Shown: positions 40,617 to 55,272, counted from the stretch's first letter. The stretch is 64,000 nt of DNA from Antedon mediterranea (GCF_964355755.1 NC_092677.1:17754101-17818100), one strand, 5' to 3'. Notes: generated by a model not told the origin, from the sequence alone. Translations and numbers: made by a program.

Positions 40617-41689
40617 TTTATAATTATAAATAATAGATAGAAGGTTTCCTTAGTTTCTTCTTTAATATTAAAACAATTATATAAATGTATTTATAATTTG
40701 TTTGGGGGAAAAGTTTTTATTTAGCTTATTTTATTGCTTATTTCATTTATATGTCCACTGAGATCTAGTCACTGCCAGTAATTTTTTTTAGTTATTTTTT
40801 TTGATTTATACATAATATAGGCTAAAACTTTAAAATTAAAAACTTAAGTACCGTATATTAGTTTGTATTTCACTTAGTTTAAAAGCTGTAGAAGTAGATT
40901 GCTTTAAGTTCAAGCATAGTTGTTAAAAAACTGTACAGTTAGAAATATTACAGATAATAATTGTTTTTGTCACATTCTCTGTTTAGACATATTTTCTCTG
41001 TGAAAGAGGTTGCCATTTTGAAGGAAATAAGGTTTCAGTATCCACATAAGAGAACACATTAAAAACACATTGTATTCTTCAATAAATGATCATCATCATG
41101 GTGATGTTGATGAATCTATGAATTCACCAAGTTTTTTTATAATAAAATTGTCGTAATTTATCATTAAATATTGCTTATCTGAGAACGTCGTGTATGCTTT
41201 GTGGAAACGGAAATTGATAAGAGAATATGTATGTGGATCACACAATGAACTATGTAAAAAGTCTGCGTTTTCAATTTATATAATACTACCATTCTATAGA
41301 AACCTAAGAAAATTATCCTAGGTTTTTTTTTTTGAGGATATCGACAGGTGCTAAGTTTTGGATGGTTTTGCAACAACTTTTTAAATATATGAATTTATGA
41401 TTAGTGATTTTAATAGCTTAATAGTAATAAAAAAGAGATAATATAATTGTATAATTTACTGTTTTCTTTTTTAAAACCACTAATTATATCTTCCATGTAA
41501 TTATCAAAAATAACTATATTGTATTAATTAAATAGTAGAACAAATTTGTTTACTTTAGTTATAAATAGACAATATATTTGTTTACTTTGAAATCCTTGAT
41601 TAAATTAAAGTAAAAAAAGTAAATGTGTAAATACTCTTAGAAATTCAACAAAAATGTGCATACCATTCATTCATTCATCATTGCAATAA

Positions 41690-41795
41690 TTAATCGATGC
41701 ATATTCATTCATGGACCAAATATTTGGAACGTGCTCTTTAAAATCAATAAATTAAAATTGCAATACTCTGTTAAAAAAAAACTAAAGAAATGATG
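41690..41795 (+). mobile_element. Degenerate CR1/L2-group LINE ORF2 C-terminal fragment
   Basis: Translates as IFIHGPNIWNVL...KKKLK, resembling the GPxxWNxL...FKxxLK terminal motif. Confidence 0.4.
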
Positions 41796-42723
41796 TTGAG
41801 TAGGCCTACTTACTAAAAAAAAGAGGGGCTAAAAAACAAACCATTAGGCCTATTATACTGAGTTGAAAATAATTGGTATAGTGCCTCCAGGGGACAAACA
41901 GGGTTCATCCGGTTGTTTAATAGGTGATTGCGCATATGTGCGTCTCTATTAAAGTAGAGGGGCGTGTCCCACCAGAGGTGATCCTCCCACTAAGGAGAGG
42001 CACTAGAAGTGATCATTAAATTACCCTGTTTAGAGGGAAATTAGAATTGTTATCTTGCTCCCTGAATGGTAGGGATAAATGTAATCAGGTTGGTTTTAGA
42101 AGTGATCATTAAATTAACCTGTTTTGTGTCTACTGTATTTAAAAACTGAAGTATTTGTTTTTCTTCAAATTTTCAATAGCTGTTCAACTCTACTACTATT
42201 TTTGTTAATTGGAGGGAGAAGTTGAAGGTATTTGGTCTCAAGCGATAGGTGATCATTCGGGGCTGCGGTATAGCGGTCTTTAAATGGAGGGAGACCTGTA
42301 TCAGTAACATCTTCAACTAAAAATATTGCTTTATGGCAGAGTATTGTGTAATTTATATAATAAATTTCTTTTCATAGTCCATACTTGTTTTTATTTCAGG
42401 TAACTACTGTAGTTGTGTACTCTAGTATTATATTTCAAAATACACTATAATTTGAAATGGGGAAAAAACATTTATCAAAAAATAATTGCATATCAATAAT
42501 GTTATCTTGAAAATTGAAAAAAAAAATCCCAATTTATTTAAAACTATTTAAGAATATTGACAATATATTTGTTTACTTTAGTTATAAATCAAAAAGCAAA
42601 TGATGAAAAATAATGAAAATGCTGTAAATAACGCTGGCTGGAAACACAGCAGGTCTACAAATAAAAGTGAATAAGCAAAAAGCTTAAAATAAAATCAAAA
42701 AATAAAACAGCCAGAAAGAAATT

Positions 42724-42759
42724 TCAGAGCTTTCAGGTGCACTAGTGCTTCGTCAGTGC
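42724..42759 (-). ncRNA. Degenerate minimal hammerhead ribozyme (family B)
   Basis: GCA-CTGACGA-AGCACTAGTGCACCT-GAAA-GC-TC-TGA. Confidence 0.55.
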
Positions 42760-42988
42760 GAGTAAATAAAATATATATATATATACCCACAGCATTTTCA
42801 TTTTTCAGTAATTTGCCTTTGGATTTATATATCAAGAAAAAAAATTCTGTTCTTCTATGAATAAATTTACTGAAAGATGAGGGCCCCTCAATTTGATCTC
42901 ATGTGCCTACAATTGAGAACATTCGGTTTAAAAATTCTGTGCCTTTTGATTGTATAATACTATCTACTTTGTCCAAGTACGCTCACTT

Positions 42989-43025
42989 GCACTGATGAAG
43001 GGCTAGTGTTGCCCGAACGCTATGC
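42989..43025 (+). ncRNA. Minimal hammerhead ribozyme with a core mutation (family B)
   Basis: GCA-CTGATGA-A-GGGC-TAGTGTT-GCCC-GAAC-GC-TA-TGC. Stems I (GCA/TGC) and II are intact; GAAA is mutated to GAAC. Confidence 0.65.
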
Positions 43026-46000
43026 TAACTTTACTGGCTGTTTTACTTATATCTTTTACTTTGTGAAATCTGTGAGAATGAGAAAAAGTATATACATATC
43101 GATTAAACTATTTTTAATAGAATTTATATAAAGTTCAGAAGTAGCTGCCTTGCCTTTGTCAATGTCTGACACATCTTTAGTTCCAAAATTGATTGCTTAT
43201 AAACGATTTTCTAATTTCTTTTCAATTTTCCAATTATTCTTTCCTCTTTTTAATCGATATTAATATCTGTGAGGTCACAAACCCAGAATTCTTTGAAAGT
43301 TTTATTAATGTGGATGATCATACACCAATAATAGCTTAAAGGGTATAACTCCAGGTTTAACATTTGAATTGTTTATTATAAAATGAAGCAATGGTTTGTA
43401 TTTGCGACATTGACTTTTCGTTTGTTAAGAAAGTTCATGGTTCAAGATTAGTGTACAAATTAAGAAACCAACCAATCTCATTGATTCGTACATAGCAGAT
43501 GTTTTCCCCCAATCATTCACAATTAAATCTGTAATAAAAGTGTCATCAGATTATTTTATCAAAAACAATAGAAATTTTAACCCCAGAATTCACCTTTAAA
43601 AATTACAAATGAACAGGAGGATGCCTGTAACAAATAGGTTTATACTGTCTGTACATTTTCCCATTGTATTTTTTTTCTGTGTGTGCATGGTCCCATTGGG
43701 ATGAACACAGTTTCAGGGTGTATTTACTTCATTTATCATTATGATTTCGTCTACTGAATAAAAATGCATTAATTTATCAATTTTCAAATTCAACTTGGGA
43801 ATTAAACTCTTTCATTACAATCTTACTATCTTCTGAAAACCCATTTTCACAGTTGATCACAAATCTATTAGCGAATCTTCAGGGAGCGCATAGATACCAT
43901 TTCCAAAAGTAATCAGTTTTTTTATAACTAGTGTGTGTTCGGGTTTTAGATATTTTATCATATTACTTTTCACCAGTCATTCACATTGTTAACAAGTAAG
44001 TTTATCAAACTAAAAAGATTAAAAGTTATCACTAAAAAGAAACCCTTAGTTTGGAAATTAAAAGGACAAGGAACCAATTAAATTGGGTTTATTTGTATGG
44101 ACATTCGACCCCATGTTTTATCAATTCTTGAACCATTCATTTTCATTTACTTTCCTGTCATTGTTTACAAGATGTGTTAACCTTAAGTCAAACTTCAAAC
44201 TGTGCCTACCTCTTTTTTTATGAATCAAATTTGCATTCAGTACCAACTAGCACTTTTTCAAGTCACATTTCAAACTACGGTATGACTAAAGTTTGGTTTA
44301 AGAACATAGGATGACATTGAAAGATATGTTGAAGAAAATAAGTTTTACAAGTTAATAATAATAGAAATGAATGAGAGTTACATTTTAATTATTACATAAT
44401 TTCTATGTAATTTATATACAAGACAACTGTATGAAGCACAATTGTTTATAAAACATAAATATAGAAAATTCAGCATTTTAATTTTCTAACCACACATCTT
44501 TCAATGTTTAGGTTTTTTTACCATCCTTTAATGATAAAAAAAGATACAATTTATTAAAAGTGGTCATACTGCCATTGTAGTAGGAAGGCTTAACATATTT
44601 ATGATTAAAATATTTTAACAAAAATAATGATTTACAAGGCCAAATGTATCTGTTTTGGTCTTTTTCTTACAGAATAATGTTCAGTATTTGTTCAGTATAA
44701 CAATAAAGACAGCTATATATATATATATATATATATATTAGAATAAGGTGACATCATAACGTTTTTTAAAATTATTATTAAAGTAGTAATTGCATTGCAG
44801 ATGCAGAATTTGGCCAACGTACTTAAAGTACATTGAAATTGGTAATTCTTTAACTCTAATGATGAGCGAACAACAAAAGAAGAAGTCAATAAATATATTA
44901 GTAACAAAATTAAACATCAATATACAAAAAACAACATAAATCAAAACACATGACAGGACAGTTTCAAAGTAGATAGAAATCGTTTCAATGCCAAACGTGG
45001 GAGAGGAAAATATGATCATTGAATAGAAAAAAACAAACTACTTAATGTAACACTGCCTATGAATGGTAATATGTTATTTTTAACCTTGTAAATTCCTTTA
45101 AGAGCTTTAGAGAGATGAATGTAGTTAATTATCATGATATCAAAAGCAGTAGAATGAAGAAGAGAACTTGTGGACGTAAAGGGAAATTATACCAGAAAGG
45201 ACACGGAGAACACCTGCATGAAGAGAGGTGTTAGGGAACCCTACTGAGTGAACATACATAACCAACAAAAGATAGATAATTAAGTTAGACCTTGCAGAAA
45301 AAAATCCTTCATACTTGAACTAAAAATATAAGTTCAATGCACCATCACATAGCTACTGTAAACCACAGAGAAATTAGTTGTATGAACTCTACTAAATATG
45401 AGTTTATTTAATACACAATTGTTAACCATTTTTAAACAACTCTATACAAAGAATGATAAAGGACATCACAACTCAGGTGTGTTTAAATTGTCATTTATTA
45501 TTATTTATATTTTGAAATGGAAGCTTTACACAATGTTTTATAAATTAGTAGAAGCTAGTTCAGACCTTTACTTTCACAGATCAAGCTTATGATCATAACA
45601 ATTATATAATCTATTTTGTTATGAGGCACATTAATTTGGGCATTTAGACCTTTATTCACATACAAACTGGCTTTTTAAAAAATACAGTCCTATCCTGTAA
45701 AAGAAGGTGCTATTTAATCAGTTTCATAATATTATAGTGGAGGTACAGTATTCTCAGAGGGCTTTTCTTTCTGTTATTTACTTCAGTATATTAATTTAGT
45801 AGGTACAAACAAAAAAATTCATATAAAAATAAGCAGGAAGCGACTCGCAAGAGATTAGAGACAGAGGGATATAATCATAATAACCATGCAGCATATCAGA
45901 AATAAAAAAAATATTTGAATATAGGTGAAAGTAATGTTTATTATAAACTGAATTATGAAATTTGAATTTTTGTGTGTACACCTCCAGTTTAAGCCTGGCT

Positions 46001-48787
46001 TCATATATTTCTATATGATCCTTTAATCTCTTTTATCCACCTTTCGCCACCCTTTTTTGATTTATGAAATGAAATAAATAAATGAAAAAGAAAAGATAAT
46101 TCTCTTTACAAAATGTAAATAACTTCAAACATAGCGATAAAAAATAAAAACTATAAAGCAGGTCAGTTATGAACAAACGCTATTGAAAAAATTAATCAAA
46201 AAGGATTGAAATGGCAAAACACATCTGTACAAGATCAAGAAACAGGACAATACAAACTTTATATGCAAAAATGAATCAATACATATTTTTAAAACACACA
46301 GAAAAGGTGAATTATGTAGATAAAAATAGACAATGGATGTAGAATTCATTGAGGAAGATTGGGAGTTTCTTAGGAGATGTGCAACAGCGCAGGTGCAAAG
46401 CTGGTTAAATGCCTACAGTGGATGTAGGCATGTTGTGTACATCCAGATTCATCAAAGCTATCACAATTAATCCTAACACAATCACACAGAAATTGTAAAT
46501 TGTTGAATCTAGCAGGGATTATATTGGAATTATCTAGGATATAAAAGGGATACAAAAGGCTATTAAATTAATCACAGTGGTTAATCAAAGTAAAGCTGAG
46601 ATGGCGGATAGTGGGTGGTAATAAGCTGAAATCGGTTTAGCTGAATAATGACTTAAGAAATGGGTGGAGATGTACAAAACCAAAGATAAATGTTTCATAT
46701 TCTTTACTCTTCTGATGAAATCGAAAAGTAGGAAAAAAGGTCTTATCTTATAACTTCTTAATTTGGTGGTCTTTGAATTGAATATACTTGTATTATAGTT
46801 TTAAAAACATTATAAAAAGACATATCATTCTTTAATAAATAGGTTTTTATACAGTATTTAAAAGTAAATTACGTTGTCATAGAAACATTACCACATATGT
46901 AGAAAATAAAAACAGAGTCTACAAAATATACAAACAAACAAACAAACTAGCATGATCCTTAAAAAATAGAAATAATGGTGTAGTTTGGATATTGAACAAA
47001 CATAAATAAATAAATGTTTAGTAATTGAGTTTACATCATGTAGGCCTACAAATAAAATACATGTGTATACAAGCACACTAAATATAAGTGTCAATAGGCC
47101 TTACCTAAGCACACTTTTTTTGTGGTAGTTTTTTTTCTGTGTTCTCTTTGAGGACCAGCCACAAGTATACATAATGTAAAGAAATACACTTTAACATTTT
47201 TTCATCAAAAATTAAGGATATAAAAATCTAACAGTTTTTCTTTGAAGTTAGTCCATTTTTTATTCCATTTATATGATAACATGCATTCTTTAGTAACAAA
47301 TTATAAATTTCTATTTTGTAAAGGTTCCTTATTGTTTTGATACATTTTCTTTGTTAACGATATTATATAATGCTATGCATGACTTATCAATACAAAACTG
47401 TATTGTAGTTATCACAATTGATTTTAAGATCTATAATATCATTATTATTTCAGTATATTTTATGCAGCTTAATTAATAGTTTTTCTCTCTGCCATTAATA
47501 TACTGTACCATTACCATTGGTATCAATGCAAGCTAATTTTTAAAAATAAATATATATATTAAAAATTGTTAAACTTTTTGGCAAAAACAAATGTGGTGAC
47601 ATGCATATTCTAAACAAATGTAATCATGACGGTATTATTAATATTTCAAATTGAAATAATAATATACAGTAATATTAATTTTCAATTCTCAGTTAATTCT
47701 ATTGAAAGTATTCACTATTGTTTTATGCATTTCTGTATTTTATCTATTATAATTTACTTATCAATGAGTCAAAATGGAAATTGGACAAACAAGTGGATCA
47801 TCCCATCTCCAATAAACAAAAATTAAGAAACTTCCTTACAACTCTGAAAGTTATTACATGATAAAACAAGGTTTCACAATTAATTAAAGTTAATAGTTTG
47901 CTGCCCTCTATATTAATAAAGTTCCCTGAATATTCAATCACGTAATTAATAATGGAATAACCCAATGAAAGTAAAAATGAAATATGTTTTAATGGTGTAA
48001 AAAGAAACTATTAATAATAATGCACTGTGGGAATCTTAGCAATTTATATTCATATTATTAACAAAATATTCTTTTGTTTATGCATCATGAATCCCACATT
48101 CTATTCAATAGTTCTATTAATTTACAATAAATCAAAATTCAAGTTTTATTGGAAAATCATAGTCTTTTCTTGAAAATAAAAAAGAGATGTAACAAAAGTT
48201 TTGAACTAAGAAAAGCTTAGCTTGTATTCTTCAACCATATGTAACAGGAATGATGAAATCAGTTATTTAACTAATGCAACTCCAAGCTGGCTAAAACATA
48301 CCTTAATCACCACTCACCATCTAGAATACTTAGAAATTGACCCTCAATTCCATTTTCAACCAAAACTATAACCGACTTTGTGATTCCATATGCCTTATAC
48401 AAATCCTGTTTAGCTAGCCTAGCCTGGCCTAGTTGTATAGATTGTTATCATTGTTAGACCTAATAGTAAAATTAAAAAAAGAAATGTATTTGTAGACATC
48501 TTTAACAATATTATTTCGCTAATGAATTTAAAATTAATTTAATTTTAAAATTCAAAATGAACAAGTTTTGAAATTGGCATTACTCGATTTTTATGAGCCC
48601 TTTTTCCAATCCTACCTTTAATTGGCATTTAACACACACAAAAAAAAATTGTTTAGTTGGCCTAATCTTTTTATAAATAATATAATGGTATCTATAATAG
48701 TTATGCTACATGATTTTTCTTTCTAACAAGAAATTCATGATAAATTAATAATTTTGAGATTAAATGAATCATTTTTCTTGTTTTCAG

Positions 48788-48940
48788 TCGTAGAACACAA
48801 TCTTAAGCATGGATCAATTGAAGATCCCTTTCCTTGTCACGTAACATCTCACATTTATACACAAGCTATGCGAAAAGCCAGGCAAGCGTGTTGAACATGT
48901 CACAATACATGCAGAAAGATAGAGAAACTTTGCTGACCTG
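48788..48940 (+). CDS. Candidate exon (5' UTR plus MSQYMQKDRETLLT, phase 2); host gene unknown
   Basis: Acceptor TTTTTCTTGTTTTCAG, donor CTG|GTTAGT, ATG at 48897, raised GC content. Confidence 0.3.
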
Positions 48941-50689
48941 GTTAGTGTGTTTTTTAATATCATTTATCATTAAGTAGGGCGATACTGCATCCAGATCATT
49001 AACTTAACGAGAATGGAAATCAGAAAAGCAGAGCATCGCCATAGACGTTATCAGCATAACTCACATTATAACATATGTCCAGGTACATGTAAAAGCCATA
49101 GATAGAAATAATATTTCATTTATGCATATGAACATTTTAATTTTTTAATTTTCACAAATCTTATAAAAATGTGTCATATCCATCAAATCAATTTGGTTTG
49201 TATATTTATCTTATTTCTAATACTCTATAAGAAAAACGCACAAAAAAAACAGTAAAGGCCTAAAATAATGGGGAAAACTAACAATGGAACAAAAATTAAT
49301 GTTATATAATAATTAAAATTTCTTATGTTTAATGAATTTACAGCATCTGATTTCATACATTCTACTGCATAATTTAAAGTTATTTGAATTTTACAAAAGT
49401 AAAAAGCACCAAGTGATGGCAGGAAATACTTACATATATAATTAGTTACAAAGAGTGAAAAGACTGAAAAGCTAGGACATTATTTAAAAATAAAGATAAT
49501 TTAAAAATCAATACGAAAAAGAAAGTATCTTTACTATAAATTAAAAGACAAAAATTATTCAATTTGCAAATTATGAATTTTTTAATCAAAATAGTGATAT
49601 GGTTTTTGTTTGTTACAAATAAGTTATCAGTAGTTATTAGTCATTCTTTTTTCATTGAAAATAAGGTATTTCTGCCATTCACAAATATCTCCCTGTCCTT
49701 TTTTCTGATTTCTGGTTAGACAATGCAGTTTTACAACAGAGTGATGGTGAAGCAAGTATTCTATAGTCTTACAGTATTCACTTACCGGTACCCTTTATTC
49801 TAATCTAACTAAATCCAAAATCCCACTGGAAAAGTTCTTTGAAGATACCTACATAATTAAAAAGCAAAAAGACTAACTATCTGAAGGCACCAAAAGGTAA
49901 ATGATCCCTGTCTAACTATATAATGACCATCACAAATGAACTATAATTAAGTTTTTGTTCATTAATTAGTCTTGAAAAGACAACAATTATCTATTTTTCA
50001 CCTTTGTCAAAAGAGGTTTTAGTGACTTTAGTCTAGAGTCAGAAGAAGGGGCACCTATGATACCCAAAAACACACCTTTTGTCTAGCGGCACTTTAGATA
50101 CTAGGCAAAGTTGTTACAGTCTTTTAAAAAAGCAGTAAACAGAAATATCTATGAGCTTTTGTTTATTAGTAATTGGACACCCTACCTATGTTGTATTGGA
50201 GACAAAATGATTCCTTCCAACATAAGAATGGAGATTTTCTAGATCAGTAGGCACTTCAATTAATTGATGTAATTAAACATGTAAAGGAAAGCATTGCTCT
50301 TTTCAAAGTTTGTTTTTGTGTTAGGTCTTCCTCCAATTATAAGATTCTTTTCAGGGACCTGGATGAAGACAATAGGTTGAATGTATTTAATTAAAGTAAC
50401 ACTTAAAACTAAATACTCCTGGTTTTACTTAATGATATTCTATCTTAATTATAAAGTTATTATTTAATAAGTGCCTTGTTCTTCTAATATTATCAATACT
50501 TAATATAATTTAACAGAATTTTTGGAAAAAGCTTTATATCATAAAAAAAAAAAAGGATTAAAACATTACATTTAATTACAATCTAACCTAAGAGCCAAGA
50601 TATATGCCATATGATGATGATGATGATGTTTTTAAAGTAAGGCCTAATAATAAAAAAAAATCTTAAAACTTGAGACTTGAATGAGATTT

Positions 50690-50830
50690 CAAAAATCAAA
50701 TCAAACATTCTTTATTCATCACCATCAGAAAAATACAAAGAAAAAAAAAACAATAAAAGAAAACAAGTCAATAAAGAGAAGAAAAGGAACACATAAAAAC
50801 TCAAAAGATCTTGAATTGTGTACCATAAAA
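50690..50830 (-). mobile_element. Possible LINE 3' end
   Basis: Minus strand T-rich UTR, AATAAA, then a (TTTGA)n tail. Confidence 0.35.
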
Positions 50831-53257
50831 TTACGAAAAAAATGAAATAAAAAGTTCAGCAAGTATCATATCGAGTTAAAAAAGCAAGTAAATAAACTAC
50901 ATCCTAAAAGGTAATCTGAAACAACTTCGGAATTAGGCCAAAACATTTCACATAACAATAAAACCAACAATTGCAGAAAGTTACAGTCATAAAAATGCAT
51001 TTTTTTCTAATAAATACCTTATTTAGCCTCATATCAGTCACTTGGGATAGAAACCTCATGTCTTCAAAGAGGAATGTACTGATTTTACATTTTGTGAATT
51101 CTAAATGCAACAACCATGTCATACTAGCAAAGATAGTTAAAAGTCAGCAACAACAAGTATGGTACTTCTTGTCAGAATTATGTAATGTAAACAAAATGAA
51201 TCTTTGTATTTTCGTTTTATTATATGAAAATCTAGAGATCAATAACCTAAATGTATATGTCCAAATAACTTTCATAAGAAAATAACTATAATACACTATT
51301 AGCAGTATATTTTTCTCAATCAAATAAACTCTAGGCTACATATTGAATATAGTATATGCATGGAGGAAATATTTAAAATAAATAATTCTTTGGTAGATGT
51401 AATACTATGGTTTTACCAACACCTTGATGGAAATGGAAATGTACATATAGAAACAAAATTATGAACTGATAAAATAAATGGAAAATTTTAATTTATTAAT
51501 AGAAAAAAAATACATGCATTGTATAGGTTTTCCTATAGATTTTGTTATCAATTCAATTAATTACTGGCAACTAAAGATGGATTATAAAGGAAGTCACATG
51601 CAATTGGTGGTGGGAGTTTTCTTAATTATTTAGTGTAGTTTTAATTTAGTTTGTCATTGTCCCACACACTGACCATGTTTAATTGCAACTTAGATTTATA
51701 ATAGAAATTCCTATTAGCTATATCTATTCTTCAGTTTAACAAACATAATACCACTAAACTTCCAAGGCATAAAAAACAATGCTTTCCTAACCATGGAGAA
51801 AATAGCCCTAACTATCTGAAAAATATTGAATGAACAAACAAGAAATAAGAATTAGGTTTTTATTGTTAATTAATTGGTGATTAAAAGGCCAACACTTATC
51901 TAATTTTTACCTCTCTGTAAACATAAGTTTTAGGTTTTAGACATAAGACAGGGAACCAAGCTGTGTTGTCTAGACTAAGCTAAGGGTTAGGAAACAAGTA
52001 CAGTTTAGGAACTAGCTATTACCTAAGAAATAATAAGATTATTCAGTTACATGGTATTTGTAAAAAGTTCTCCGAAAAACAAAGGCAAGACAAATAAAGA
52101 AATCTTTTTCAAAAAACAAAATCTGACTATCAGCTAAGAAACCACAATCAAAAGAAACCTAGAGATTACAAAATAAAAATAATTATAAAACAGCAAAACA
52201 ATACAATAAAATACAATACAATACACATATAAAAATAAAAAATGCTAAGAAAAAGCTCTAAAAAAAACATACGTTCAATAAAGTTAGTTTATAATTTCCC
52301 GGAAACCGTGTGGTGCAAGACAGTGTAACATGCTACTTTTTACAATAGACATCCCATCCAAGGTTGCAGGCAATCTCAGCAGGCATATCAAATCAAATAA
52401 ATACTCATTTATATGTAATGATCCATTTTTCCATAGCCCCAGCCTTTCACTGTCAGTCTAGACTCTAAAAGTAATAATTAAAAACCAAATAAAATACCAT
52501 AAAAAATTATTATTCAATGTTATTTTCAGCAATTAATTGTTCTTAATAATTATTAATACTAGAAGTTCTACATGTGGTTATGAACACATTTGAATGGGAT
52601 GAATAAGTATAATAAAAGTGCACTCCTCCCTGATAAAACTACACTGGTAAATTATTTATAAAAAAAAAATTGTCAAGAAAAATTGATTTTGTTATACACA
52701 AAGTATTTCTTTACTTTCGAATAACTGTAACCTAAAAAATGAAAGCAATACTAAATATGGAACTTTATTGTGTTAAGACTTTACGAAAATGTTAAAGAAA
52801 AATTGTGTTGTGTGAATATTAATCTAGGTTGCGCATCAGAAAATGATGACAACATGCATGTACATTTTGGAGCGCAAGAAGTAAATGAGAGGGACATGCA
52901 CATTGCACTCTGTCAATCAGTCGGCAGTTTAAATTGAATTGGTAAGTTATAGATTTAAGATGTAAAGTATTGGAATAATAAAACTACAGCTGCTTACAGA
53001 CTTCAAATCAACACAAAAAGTTCCACATGGTTGTGGTAGTGGAAAATAGATGATGTACACAGACACTAACGAAAGTGGTGGTCGACTATAAATTTTGAGT
53101 TTTTGTAGATCCGGCCATTGCAGTACACAACAGAGGAGATTGTGTAGTTGATACGTGACAGAACCTTAAAATTCACGATCAATTTAGTAGCATTAATAGA
53201 TATTTTTTCACAGTACACAATACAAACACAGAATATGCATGACTTAATATCAATTAA

Positions 53258-53593
53258 ACATGTATTGTCTACCAAAAACATGAAAAATGAAGATTAATTA
53301 ATAAGACTTTAATATGTTATTTTGTAGTTTTAATAAAGTTAATCACTTCCGCAGAAAAAAAACGAAAACAAATAATGTTTTCACTTATAAAATGACAAAA
53401 TAAAACATGGTTAAATTCAACCAAAAATCCATTGGCTGGCAGCCAATTTGACAATTTTTTTTCTTTAAATTCCAGTTTTTTTCAGGTAAATACATTTTTT
53501 TGGATCCAATTTTTGGTAAAAATGGATAACAATTATGTTACATTAAAATGGCATATTCAACAAAAATTATTTTTTCTGGGGGACAATACATCT
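53258..53593. mobile_element. Full-length TTAA MITE (Kolobok-like)
   Basis: TTAA|ACATGTATTGTC ... GACAATACATCT|TTAA; at least six related pieces in the window. Confidence 0.85.
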
Positions 53594-53667
53594 TTAAACA
53601 TAAATGGAAGAAGACTATATAAGTTATAAAATAACTTTAGGATTAAAGAGAATTTTTTTTTAATGAA

Positions 53668-53960
53668 TTTTTTATTTTATTTTATTTCAACAATATTTTA
53701 TAAGGGTGATCCATTCAGCATAAGCTGATCATTAGGGACCCTCAAATAATACAAACAGTAAATACAAAATAAACTATAAAAATACAAAATTAACAAAGAT
53801 ATAAAAAATAAATATATATATATAAATATACAGTAGGCCTACAATGAAAGAAGGATAAAAAGAAACACAATTAATACTGGTAATAGAGATTTATGGTCCA
53901 ATAAATTATGAGAAATAAAGATCCACACATTTTGATAAGCTATTTTTAAATAAATTTAAA
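53668..53960 (-). mobile_element. L2/Crack-type LINE 3' end
   Basis: Minus strand AGGGTCCC...TCAGC-TTAT-GCTGA...ACCCT stem-loop followed by an (AATAA)n tail; upstream boundary approximate. Confidence 0.5.
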
Positions 53961-55272
53961 TTTATTAAATTCACATAAAAACTAAGAAAATGATTTCACT
54001 TATAAATACATAATACTTTAAATTAAGGGTTAGGCCTACTAACTCAATTGTTGGTGAAGTTAATAAATATAATGGTTTGAAAATTGTTTAATTCATTTTT
54101 TCATGGAGACAATATATCTTTTAATGTAAGGAATATCTCCTCTGTTTTAAATACTCTGTGGAAGAAAAAAATATTGATTTAAATTATATAAAAAAAAAAT
54201 ATGGTTAAAAAAAAAAAAACAAATAAGACAAATATACATTTTAGTAACACCATAATATCTTTAGATATTATTCAGACTAACATAACAACTATTATATACA
54301 TATATTTGTCCTTTTCCGTTTTGTAAATGGCAAGCCAACTAGATGATGAAAATTTAAAAAAAATAAATTTTATCATATTGATTTCATATTTAATAGGCAG
54401 TCAATAACCTAAGAAAGATAACCAACATAATAATATTACTAAAACACTTGTAAGCTTATTACATATAGCATGTCTTCAGTATGCGATACTTTATCATTTT
54501 CAAGGGAATTAGATAGGTTTACACTGCATTTTATTGCCTTTACATTTAACCAATCGTAGACATGAATCTGTGCTAAAAAAGCATAAATCTAAATCTTCAA
54601 TCTAACCAACTTATTAGTTGATAAATTTATGATATAATGTGTCTACAGAACTATAAAAATCAATGGCCATATCATTGCTTCAATAGATTTAATTTAAACA
54701 GATGATATAACTTACAGTATTTTATATAGAAGATGTTACAACTAAGGATAATTAGAATGAATGTAAGTGGGTCCTAGTGGAAAGATACAAAAAGAGGGAA
54801 AGTGCAGGAGAATAACATTAACAAAGGTTTGCAAGATGTAAAGGCAAGCCGCTTCTTATTAGGGGTTAGTCCAGAATTTAGAAGACAGATACAATTTATT
54901 CATTAAAAAAATACAATAAAAATAGTAACTTGATTTAGAAGAAATGAGGTTTTTGCAGAAAGCCTCAAATTAACTATTGCCCTGTAAGTATATCCTTGTC
55001 ATTTGATTAAAGGATCATGGGTCACATGATATTCAATAAATAAAATACTCCATTTAACCCATGTGACATCAAGAGTACATTTTTGTTTTATGTGAGTGAT
55101 TTGTACTATGCATGTTTGTCTTGTTATATGCAATCAAGACCTTCAAATGACAAGGTTATACTGATGTTATATAAAACAAATATTAATGTTATTATATTCG
55201 TTCAATGGTTCAAATATATTCACAAATATTACATATATTATTAATTATGTGTATTATAGTAAATTTAATCTA

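Larger units (their letters stand above)
42582..43060. mobile_element. Penelope-like element fragments (inverted pseudo-LTRs, family B)
   Basis: Inverted arms 42582-42625 and 42789-42829 with a (TA)n near the junction. Two hammerhead motifs. QLRTFGLK at about 42910-42933 resembles the PLE GIY-YIG C-terminal L.T..P.GLN motif. Homologous to 62248-62415. Confidence 0.7.

Noticed and set aside
46708-46733. CTGATGA...GAAA hammerhead-like motif (similar case at about 17236-17257 minus)
   Set aside because: Only 4 nt between the core boxes, so stem II cannot form.
52828-52941. AG...GTAAGT-bounded exon candidate
   Set aside because: Weak acceptor and an in-frame stop just before the donor in the best frame.
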